Source: Deltaproteobacteria bacterium RBG_16_64_85 (GTDB taxonomy: Bacteria; Desulfobacterota; Deferrimicrobia; Deferrimicrobiales; Deferrimicrobiaceae). Taken from it: a stretch of 64,000 nucleotides of DNA. Shown here piece by piece: positions 18,504 to 26,371 of the stretch; the first letter of the stretch is position 1; the number at the start of each line of letters is the position of its first letter. The translations under genes were made by a program, and so were the position numbers. A model generated the notes under the pieces. That model saw only the letters and a list, made by a program, of their open reading frames with translations, was not told where the DNA came from and ran no database searches. Location of the stretch: contig MGQW01000072.1 of NCBI GenBank assembly GCA_001798885.1, positions 3,669 to 67,668 of the forward strand, read 5' to 3'.

Positions 18504-18730
18504 CCGCCTCCCTCTATTGCGTTCCGTTTCGCCGCAACCGGCTCCGCTGCCTCGCAGGGGGGCCTGTCCCCCGGTTGCATTATGCGCCTCGGACGGAAGG
18601 CGCATACCACAGGAGAGTCCGGCGCAGCGGGCCCTTCCCGCGGTGCAGCGCCTTCCGTGCCTGTGGCGCGTGATTCGCCGAATCGGGTTATGATGGTGGA
18701 TATTTTACGCAGGGAGGATGGGCGCCGCAT

Positions 18731-19147
18731 ATGCGAAAAATCCTGCTGCTCCCGTTTTGCCTGGCCCGGCCGGCGCAGGAAGAGATCGAGCGGATGGCCG
18801 CCGAAAGCGGCTACGCGGTGGTCGTCGCGCGCTCGACCGCGAAGGCGCTGAACGAGGTGCGCCGGCACATGGGACCCGGCAGCGGGGAGCCGGTGCGGAT
18901 CGTGGGCGTGGTGTGCGACGGGAGGGCGAAGAAGGTCTGGGCGGGGCTCCTGCTCCTGAAGGTCCGCCAGTGGGGAAAAAAGGCGCTGGGTCTCAAGGTC
19001 CGCAGGATCGAGCTGGCACGCGTGGGGATCGTCGGAGGGACCAAGGCGCTCTTCGGCCGAAGGAGCTGCAACGTGGGATTCAATCTTGCCGACGAGGAGG
19101 GGTTGCGGCGCGCCCTGTCCGGCGGCGACACCTACATGCGTTTTTAG
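18731..19147 (+). CDS. hypothetical protein
   Basis: 138-aa ORF filling the gap between the MBL hydrolase and murJ. No motif recognised. Its stop overlaps the murJ stop by 4 nt (convergent). Confidence 0.4.
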   Translation: MRKILLLPFCLARPAQEEIERMAAESGYAVVVARSTAKALNEVRRHMGPGSGEPVRIVGVVCDGRAKKVWAGLLLLKVRQWGKKALGLKVRRIELARVGIVGGTKALFGRRSCNVGFNLADEEGLRRALSGGDTYMRF

Positions 19148-20748
19148 GCAGGCGGCGCGGAAGGGGGTTCTGCCTCGGGCGGCCCGGGAGGATGGAAGAC
19201 GTCGCTCCTTCTCCGGATCGATTTTGCCGTCCCGCTGCGCAACAGGAGGGCGCAGAGGAAGTAGACCGCCGCGATGACCGCCCCTCCGGCGGCGAAGCGG
19301 AGGACCGCCCCCGGAAACGTTTCCCAGGAAACCCACCGGGAGGAAATTCCCATCGCATACGATCCGGCAAGGGCGGCGGCTCCCCCCGACAACGCCATCT
19401 TCGAGTACTCGAGGATCTGCCCGAGCCCCTTCTTCCCTACGGTCTTCCCCATGAGGATTCCGTAGAGCGCCGTGGCGTGGAGGAAAATGCCGATGCTGCT
19501 TGCCAGCGCCAGTCCGAAGACGCCCAAATTCTGCCGGAGGAAGTAGTAGGCGGGAAGGCTCAAAAGCCACGCTCCGGTCCCGACCAGCGTGGGGGTCCAG
19601 GTGTCCTTCATGGCGAAGAACCCGCGCGAGGCGATCGCCTGCCCGCACCAGAACGGGATCCCGATGGCGAAGGCGGTAAGGGCGGAGGCGGTCGAAATCG
19701 TGTCGTCGATGGTGAACGCGCCGCGCTTGAAGACGGCCAGCACGACCTCCCGGGAGAGGACGCCGGTGATCGCGGCCGCCGCGCAGGAGACGAAGAAGAC
19801 CCACCGAAGCGTCGCCGACAGCGTTTCCCACATCGCCTCCTTCTCTCCCCGCGCGGCCTGCGCCGAAAGGAACGGGTAGGAGGCCACCCCCGATGCCTGG
19901 CCGAAGATGCCGATGGGCACCTGCATCAGCCGCCGCGCGTTGTTGAGCCAGGTGATCGCCCCCGCCAGGAGGAACGAGCCGAAGAGCCGGGTCATCCACT
20001 CGTCGACGACCACCAGGGAGAACCCGAGCATGATCGGGATCGAGAGCCGGACGAACTCCCGGAACCCGGGGTCGGCGAAGTCGAGCCGCGGGGAAAATTC
20101 CAGGCCCGACCTGCGGGCCCCGTAGAGCTGAATGGCGAAGTTCCCGAGGAACGAACCGATGAGGACTCCCCAGGCGAATCCGGCCATCCCGAGGAAAGGT
20201 CCCAGGGCAAGCCCCCCGGCGATGATCCCGGCATTGTAGATCAGCGGAGCGGTGGCGGGGAGGAAGAACTGGTTCCGTGCGTACTGGACGGCCATCAGCA
20301 GCCCTCCCAGGTAGAAGAAGATCTGCGCGGGGAGGACGATCCGCGTGAGCCTTGCGGCGATGGCGATCTGGTCCGGCGGGAACCCGGGGGCGATCAATGG
20401 AATCAAACGTTCTGCGAGGAATTCCCCGAGGATCACGAAGAAGAGCATCGCGACGCCCATGATGGTGGCGATCGTCGAGAAGGAACGATGCCCTTCGGCC
20501 TCCCTTCCCTCCGCGAGGGTTCGGGCGAAGATCGGGATGAACGTGATCGAAAGGGCCCCGCCCGCAAGGAGATAGTTGAGGAAATCGGGGATCGTGAAGG
20601 CGGCGAAGAAAGCATCGGTCTCGGGGGTCGCCCCGTGCTGGTAGGCGATGACCGCGTCGCGGGCGTACCCCAGGATGCGGCTCAGGAAAACGGACGCCAT
20701 CATGAGGGCCGCCGCGCGGCCCATCTGTTTCCGGGCGGAAGGGGACAT
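19144..20748 (-). CDS. murJ: lipid II flippase MurJ (MviN)
   Basis: 534-aa polytopic ORF. N-terminal ASVFLSRILGYARDAVIAYQHGATPETDAFFAAFTIPDFL is the MurJ signature. Confidence 0.9.
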   Translation of the reverse strand: MSPSARKQMGRAAALMMASVFLSRILGYARDAVIAYQHGATPETDAFFAAFTIPDFLNYLLAGGALSITFIPIFARTLAEGREAEGHRSFSTIATIMGVAMLFFVILGEFLAERLIPLIAPGFPPDQIAIAARLTRIVLPAQIFFYLGGLLMAVQYARNQFFLPATAPLIYNAGIIAGGLALGPFLGMAGFAWGVLIGSFLGNFAIQLYGARRSGLEFSPRLDFADPGFREFVRLSIPIMLGFSLVVVDEWMTRLFGSFLLAGAITWLNNARRLMQVPIGIFGQASGVASYPFLSAQAARGEKEAMWETLSATLRWVFFVSCAAAAITGVLSREVVLAVFKRGAFTIDDTISTASALTAFAIGIPFWCGQAIASRGFFAMKDTWTPTLVGTGAWLLSLPAYYFLRQNLGVFGLALASSIGIFLHATALYGILMGKTVGKKGLGQILEYSKMALSGGAAALAGSYAMGISSRWVSWETFPGAVLRFAAGGAVIAAVYFLCALLLRSGTAKSIRRRSDVFHPPGPPEAEPPSAPPA

Positions 20749-20872
20749 CGATGTGACTATAATCGAAGCGGGTGGGGCGCTCCACTGGAAAAAACCCGCG
20801 CTTGATGCGGGTCAAGGAGGGGGAAGCCCCCAAGGCATAGGGTGGGATTGAAAACAGCCAAGGAGAATCGGA

Positions 20873-21955
20873 ATGGGCCTCTTCGGAAAAAAGGAACGGG
20901 CGAACACGGTTACGGAGGAGACCGTCCTTGCGGCGCTGGGGAACGTCATGGACCCCGAGCTGGGGAAGGACCTGGTGACCCTGAACATGATCCGCAACGT
21001 GGCGGTGTCGGAAGGTACGGTCTCGCTCGATCTCGTTCTGACCACTCCCGCCTGCCCGATGAAGTCGGAGATCGCGGCGGCGGTGGAAGGGGCCGTGAGG
21101 TCGATCCCCGGGGTTTCCGCGGTGGACGTGCGCGTTTCCGCGGACGTGCGGGCCGCGAAGGACCCGATGGAGGGAAGGCGCCCCGTCCCCGGCGTGCGGA
21201 ACATCCTGGCGGTCGCGTCGGGCAAGGGCGGGGTCGGCAAATCCACGATGAGCGTGAACATCGCGGTGGCGCTGCAGCGGGCGGGAGCCCGCGTGGGACT
21301 GCTCGACGCCGACATCTACGGCCCCTCGATCCCCACGCTCCTGTCCCTGAAAGGCCACCAGCTGAAGGGAGAGGACGGGATGATCCTCCCCGCGGAGCAC
21401 AACGGGATGAAGGTGCTCTCCATCGGGTTCATGCTTGAGGATGACACCCCCGTCATCTGGCGGGGACCGATGCTGATGAAGGTCCTGGAGCAGTTCCTCC
21501 ACGGCACGAAGTGGGGGGAGCTGGACTACCTTGTCATCGACCTTCCCCCCGGCACAGGGGACGTGCAGCTCTCCCTCGTCCAGATGACCCCGGTCGCGGG
21601 GGCCATCGTCGTGACGACGCCGCAGGACCTGGCGCTGATCGACGTGAAGAAGGCGGTCCGGATGTTCGAGAAGGTGGGGATCCCCGTCCTGGGCGTGATC
21701 GAGAACATGAGCTACTTCCTGTGCCCGCACTGCGCGGGCAGGAGCGAGATCTTCGGCCACGGCGGGGCAGAGGAGACCTGCAAGCAGATGGGGCTCCGGT
21801 TCCTCGGCGAGGTTCCCCTGCAGATGGAGCTGCGGGAAGCCTCGGACGAGGGCCACCCCCTCGTCTCACGGAATCCGGATGCGCCTGCCGCGCGCGCCAT
21901 CGAGAAGGCGGCATCCGGGGCGGCAGCCGCACTCGCTGTCCTGGAGGCGGTTTAG
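20873..21955 (+). CDS. Mrp/NBP35 (ApbC) family Fe-S cluster carrier ATPase
   Basis: 360-aa ORF. N-terminal DUF59-like domain, then AVASGKGGVGKST deviant Walker A and CPHC motif. Confidence 0.9.
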   Translation: MGLFGKKERANTVTEETVLAALGNVMDPELGKDLVTLNMIRNVAVSEGTVSLDLVLTTPACPMKSEIAAAVEGAVRSIPGVSAVDVRVSADVRAAKDPMEGRRPVPGVRNILAVASGKGGVGKSTMSVNIAVALQRAGARVGLLDADIYGPSIPTLLSLKGHQLKGEDGMILPAEHNGMKVLSIGFMLEDDTPVIWRGPMLMKVLEQFLHGTKWGELDYLVIDLPPGTGDVQLSLVQMTPVAGAIVVTTPQDLALIDVKKAVRMFEKVGIPVLGVIENMSYFLCPHCAGRSEIFGHGGAEETCKQMGLRFLGEVPLQMELREASDEGHPLVSRNPDAPAARAIEKAASGAAAALAVLEAV

Positions 21956-22554
21956 CCCTCCATCTCGCGGGCGGGGTAGGAGAAGTACTCGTGGGTCTGG
22001 ATGTTCGCCCAGAACTCCTCCAGATCCTTCGTCAGGACGAGCAGGTCGTGACGGACCCCGATCTGGTCGCGCACGTGCCCTCGAAGCACGGCCTCCTGCC
22101 TGAACCCCAGCTTCTCGAAGACTTTCTTCGCCCCCTGCTGGGTCTCCATCATCTCCGCCACGATCTTCTCCAGGCCGGACTTGAGGGCATGGAGGAACAG
22201 CTCGTTCGCGAGGACGCTCCCCAGCCCCTTCCTCTGGTATTCCGGGGCGATCACGATCCGGATGGTGCCCACGTGCTTCATCCAGCCGCCGAGGTTCTTG
22301 TGGAGCGTGGCGTCCGCAACCACATCGTTTCCCTTCCACGCGAGGATGGGGAAGACTTTCTCGTAGTTCAGCTCGGTCGCCCAGCGCTCGACGACGGAGG
22401 GATCGGTGACGTTGTCCTTCAGGAACAACCGGTCGGATTCGGGGAGCCTCGCGAAGAACGCGAAAAGCGCGTCCTTGTCCTTTTTCTCGAAGGGGCGCAG
22501 CACCACCGTGCTCCCGTCCTTGACCTTCACCTCTTTCGGATATTCCTGTGCCAT
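21952..22554 (-). CDS. GNAT family N-acetyltransferase
   Basis: ATG 22554 with AAGGAGG upstream, inside ORF 21952..22587. EYQRKGLGSVL acetyl-CoA binding motif. Confidence 0.8.
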   Translation of the reverse strand: MAQEYPKEVKVKDGSTVVLRPFEKKDKDALFAFFARLPESDRLFLKDNVTDPSVVERWATELNYEKVFPILAWKGNDVVADATLHKNLGGWMKHVGTIRIVIAPEYQRKGLGSVLANELFLHALKSGLEKIVAEMMETQQGAKKVFEKLGFRQEAVLRGHVRDQIGVRHDLLVLTKDLEEFWANIQTHEYFSYPAREMEG

Positions 22555-22721
22555 GTCGCGGGTCCTCCTTCCAAAGGATGATGGCAAAGATAAAATAGCG
22601 TTTTGAAATTATAATTGCCCGCTTCGCGGTTGTCAATGTCCCCCGTCTCCGTATTGCGCGCCCGTTCTTTTTTCCATATAAAAGATACGAATGCCCCGAC
22701 GAGGGGGGCAATGGAGGGACC

Positions 22722-23510
22722 ATGGGAGGAAAGGTCATCGTCGCGAGGGACGGGAAGGTGGCGACCGTCACGCTCTCGAACCCGGCGAAAAAGAATGCGC
22801 TCAACCTGAAAATCCTCGGAGAGCTCCGAAAAACGTTTGAGAGTCTGGCGGCGGAGGATGTCCGGTGCGTCGTCCTGCGGGGCGAAGGCCGGGAGGCGTT
22901 CTGCGCGGGGTACGACATCACGGCGATCCCCGCAGGGGGGTCCGGCGAGGCGCAGGTACTGCTCTCCTCGAACCCCTTCGACGACATGATCCGCACGGTG
23001 GAATCGTTTCCCGCCCCGGTGATCGGCATGCTCAACGGGTTCGCCTTCGGCGGCGGCCTGGAACTGGCGGTCGCCTGCGACATCCGCGTGGCCTCGGACC
23101 AGGCGGCCTTCGGGATGACCCCGGCCCGCCTCGGGATCATCTACCGGCCGGCGGGGCTCATGCGGTTTGTCCACGTGATCGGCCTGCCCGCCACCAAGGA
23201 GCTCTTCTACACCGCGCGCAAGGTGAGCGCCCGCCGCGCCGTGGATCTGCGGCTCGTCAACCGCGTCTGCCCCCCCGAGGAGCTTGAGCAGGTGACGTAC
23301 GAAATGGCGCGGGAGATCACGGACAACGCGCCGCTCTCCATCCGCGGCACCAAGCGGATTCTTTCCATGTGCATGGTGTTCCGCGGACTGCCCCCGGGCG
23401 AGGCGGAAGAGGCCGAGGCGTTCATCCGCCGATGCATGGAGAGCGGGGACCTGATCGAGGGGAAGAAGGCGTTTCTTTCGAAGCGGAAGCCCAGGTTCAC
23501 CGGCAGGTAG
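22722..23510 (+). CDS. enoyl-CoA hydratase/isomerase (crotonase) family protein
   Basis: 262-aa ORF. FCAGYDI and GFAFGGGLELAVACDIRVA crotonase signatures. Confidence 0.85.
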   Translation: MGGKVIVARDGKVATVTLSNPAKKNALNLKILGELRKTFESLAAEDVRCVVLRGEGREAFCAGYDITAIPAGGSGEAQVLLSSNPFDDMIRTVESFPAPVIGMLNGFAFGGGLELAVACDIRVASDQAAFGMTPARLGIIYRPAGLMRFVHVIGLPATKELFYTARKVSARRAVDLRLVNRVCPPEELEQVTYEMAREITDNAPLSIRGTKRILSMCMVFRGLPPGEAEEAEAFIRRCMESGDLIEGKKAFLSKRKPRFTGR

Positions 23511-23599
23511 GCGCGACAGGCGCCGGATCGTTCGACGTCCCGCCCCGCGTCCCCGGCGCTCGTTCCGTTCCTTCCACCCGGATCCTCGGTTCGTGGCTT

Positions 23600-23634
23600 A
23601 AAAAAAACCCCCGGCTCCTTTCGGGGGCCGGGGG
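23600..23634 (-). terminator. rho-independent terminator ending the porin-cytochrome operon
   Basis: On the minus strand, CCCCCGGC-loop-GCCGGGGG followed by 8 T. It lies 46 nt after the decahaem gene stop. Confidence 0.7.
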
Positions 23635-23679
23635 TTCTCGAACCGGTGATGCTCTTAAGGTCGGTTTCCCGACCTTCTC

Positions 23680-26208
23680 CTATGGAGCTACGAATTCCAG
23701 CGACAGCTGCGGCACTGTGACACCCGCCACGCCGCGCGGCTCCCTGATCGACCCGCCCATCGCGATGAAGTGGCTTCTTGCCGTGTCGGAATCGTGGCAA
23801 TGACCGCACGCCGATGTCGCCGGCGTGTTCACCAGGTCGGTGGCGTTCGGCACGCTGGCCCGGGCCGCGTTGATATTAGCCGCGGTATTATCCGCGCCCG
23901 TAGTGGTTTTCGCGGTAGTCAGAAAACGGCCGGTCGTCTGGATGTTCTGGTACAGGTTGTTCAAGTGGCACTTCCCGCAGTGGGTCAGGTCGCCGGGAAA
24001 GGCGATCTCGTCCCCTTGGAGGAGGACGCCGTCCAGGCGGTTGCGGATGTCCACGAAGTTGGTGGTCCGCTTGGCGGCCCCGTGCAGCCCGTGGATCAGC
24101 TCCTTGAAGTTGTTGGAGACTTCGGGGTACTGCAGCGGATTGCTCCCGAAGAGGGCCACGATGTCGGGGTTGATCGGGCTGGCCGTGATGGTGCGGCCGC
24201 TGGAGGACAGGTTGGGGTTGTGGCACATCACGCAGACCTGCGCGTTGCTGACGCGGTTCCCGCCGTGCCCCTCGAAGATCTCGTGGCACTCCAGGCAGCC
24301 GACCGGCGTCCCGGTAATCGGATTGTTGCTGTTGGTGTAACCGCTCTCGACGGCCACGCGGCGGACCCGGTCGCCGGTGACCGGTTTCACGACCGAGAAG
24401 GTGTGGCGGCCGACGTTATCCAGTCCAGGGATGCCATCCACGTCCGCCCCGTTGGTCTGGGTGAAATACCCCTGGAGGGCGACCGCCCGCATTTGCGCGC
24501 CGACCGGGAACGCGTTCGCCCTCTGTACCGAATATTGCGTGAACCCGACGTTGTCGAACGCGACGATCGGCAGGCCGATGATGGAGAGACTCTCCGGCTG
24601 CCCCGCGGTCCTGCCGAGGTTGTTGTAGTCAAGGGGTTCTGCGACCCCGTCCTGCGGCAGCGCATAGGCGAACAGGAAGCTCGGGCCGCCGCTGAAACCG
24701 CTGGGACGGGTGATCGTGGTGCTGCCGAGATTCACGAAAGCGCCGTCCTTCTTGATCCAGAACTTGATCGTCGCCACGTTGGTGCCCTCGTCCACCGTGA
24801 CGTTGTCGATCCCGTACTCGAAGCTTACCAGCGTGCCGGGAAGCTGCGGGTTGTTGGGCGTCGCGTTCTCTGTGGCGTGGGCTTCCTTTATGGCAAGCAG
24901 CGTACCCGATGGCGGATGGCAAAAAACGCAATTGGCGTCAGTCGTTTGGATGCTGCCTATGCCGTGACCGCCGCCGGTCGCGAAGTTGACGTTGACGTGG
25001 CAAGAGCCGCACCCCGTGCGCGTCGGCCGGTTCTGCCAGTTGGCGTAGGTGTTGTCGGCATCCGTCCCCTGGTGGCACCTCGTGCAGTTCCGGATGTCCT
25101 GGGGATAGGTCACCTCGCTGAAGTTGCCGAGTTCGCCGATATTCTGGACGAGGCCGGGGGTGTTGGGGGTGTGGTTGTGGATCTTGTGCACGAGGTTGAC
25201 CAGGTTGGCGTTATCCCAGCCCCCGCCGGCCGGGTTGCCGGCGATCTCGAGCTTGGCATTGTGGCAGATCTGGCAGAACTTGTATTCGCGGCGGCCGCCG
25301 CCGTGGATCGCCAGCGGGTCGTGGCACACGTTGCAGGCTGAGGTGGAGACGTCGTTCTTGGCGGGATACGCGCCCGGCGCCGGAATCGCACCCGTCCCCC
25401 CGCCGACCGGGGGCACCACGTCCAGGAATGCGTTCGCGGCCGGCCTTCTGCGGGACGTCGTGTGGTAGTACGTGTCGGTCGTGAAGAGATTGAGAGTTGC
25501 CGTATTGAGCGTATTGGGATTTCCTATTGAAAACTGTGTTCCCGCCCGCACGAGCACGTTATCGGCGTAACCGTCCGAAACGCGGACGGCGGTGGTCGGG
25601 AAGGTATAGGAGTAGACGCCGGTGGCGGGAGTTCCGGTAAAGACCGCTCCGGCGGCTCCGTCGGGCCGGTTCGCTCTGAAGGGCCCGCTGCCGCTCGCCC
25701 CGGGGGTTAACACGAAGCCGTTCCACTCGTCGGCGCCCCCGTTCGTGCCGGGAACCATCTTGGCGAGGAGGAACGACACGAAGGCGAGATTGTCATTGAT
25801 CCCGGAGCCGGACTTGGTACGCAGGTCGATGCTGGGGGTGATGTCGACTCCGTTGGCGTCGCTCGCAGCGAAGGTGAAGTTCACCGTTACGGGAACGTTG
25901 TCCCCGCTGGGCGCGCCGAAGTCGACGGAAGTGATGGTGATCGTTGCGGAACCGGTGGGCAGGGGGTTCCCGGTCGTCGGGTTGAGGCGGTGCATCGCGT
26001 GGACGCTGAACGGTTGCCCCGCGGAGTGGCAGAGGAAGCAGGTCTCATTCGACTGGAGCGCCGGCCCGGGACCGCCGGGAGGACCGGGAGGGCCGGCGGC
26101 GCCGGGAGCGCCGGGAGCGCCGGCGGCGCCATCCGAACCGCTGCATCCGAAGAACAGGAGCGGCACGATCAGCGAGAAAAGCCCTAACCATAAAAGCGTC
26201 TTCCTCAT
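23680..26208 (-). CDS. decahaem c-type cytochrome lipoprotein (outer-surface type)
   Basis: 842-aa ORF. Lipoprotein signal ...LLFFGC, a Gly/Ala/Pro linker, and 10 CXXCH motifs (CFLCH, CNVCH, CQICH, CTRCH, CGSCH, CVFCH, CLECH, CVMCH, CGKCH, CGHCH). Confidence 0.9.
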   Translation of the reverse strand: MRKTLLWLGLFSLIVPLLFFGCSGSDGAAGAPGAPGAAGPPGPPGGPGPALQSNETCFLCHSAGQPFSVHAMHRLNPTTGNPLPTGSATITITSVDFGAPSGDNVPVTVNFTFAASDANGVDITPSIDLRTKSGSGINDNLAFVSFLLAKMVPGTNGGADEWNGFVLTPGASGSGPFRANRPDGAAGAVFTGTPATGVYSYTFPTTAVRVSDGYADNVLVRAGTQFSIGNPNTLNTATLNLFTTDTYYHTTSRRRPAANAFLDVVPPVGGGTGAIPAPGAYPAKNDVSTSACNVCHDPLAIHGGGRREYKFCQICHNAKLEIAGNPAGGGWDNANLVNLVHKIHNHTPNTPGLVQNIGELGNFSEVTYPQDIRNCTRCHQGTDADNTYANWQNRPTRTGCGSCHVNVNFATGGGHGIGSIQTTDANCVFCHPPSGTLLAIKEAHATENATPNNPQLPGTLVSFEYGIDNVTVDEGTNVATIKFWIKKDGAFVNLGSTTITRPSGFSGGPSFLFAYALPQDGVAEPLDYNNLGRTAGQPESLSIIGLPIVAFDNVGFTQYSVQRANAFPVGAQMRAVALQGYFTQTNGADVDGIPGLDNVGRHTFSVVKPVTGDRVRRVAVESGYTNSNNPITGTPVGCLECHEIFEGHGGNRVSNAQVCVMCHNPNLSSSGRTITASPINPDIVALFGSNPLQYPEVSNNFKELIHGLHGAAKRTTNFVDIRNRLDGVLLQGDEIAFPGDLTHCGKCHLNNLYQNIQTTGRFLTTAKTTTGADNTAANINAARASVPNATDLVNTPATSACGHCHDSDTARSHFIAMGGSIREPRGVAGVTVPQLSLEFVAP

Positions 26209-26320
26209 CTTTTCCTCCTTTGGTCTGGTTGGTTGTTAACAACGGTGAAGCATGACAATCGATAACGGGTCCGCGCCCGCGCGCACGACATATTGAGGTC
26301 CTCCTGCCCGTCGATGGGAA

Positions 26321-26349
26321 AGCCCCCGCCGGAGCGGGGGCTTTTTTTC
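26321..26349. terminator. GC-rich hairpin between the 12-haem and 10-haem genes
   Basis: AGCCCCCGC-cgga-GCGGGGGCT. The T-run is on the plus strand and the A-run on the minus, so for the minus-strand operon it is at best a weak or partial terminator or a processing site. Confidence 0.4.
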
Positions 26350-26371
26350 GGATCCTTTCCTGCCGGCCCGG

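Noticed and set aside
18500-21856. 1118-aa minus-strand ORF, the longest in the track
   Set aside because: It runs antisense to, or out of frame with, well-supported genes (murJ, mrp, hypothetical). It has an Arg/Gly/Pro/Asp-rich low-complexity composition and no recognisable motif. This is a typical stop-codon-poor artefact of high-GC DNA.
26063-26130. Tandem GC-rich repeats as a CRISPR array or collagen domain
   Set aside because: The units are 9 nt with no spacers and lie in-frame inside a cytochrome gene. The G-x-P run is only about 25 residues, too short for a collagen triple helix. Treated as a linker.
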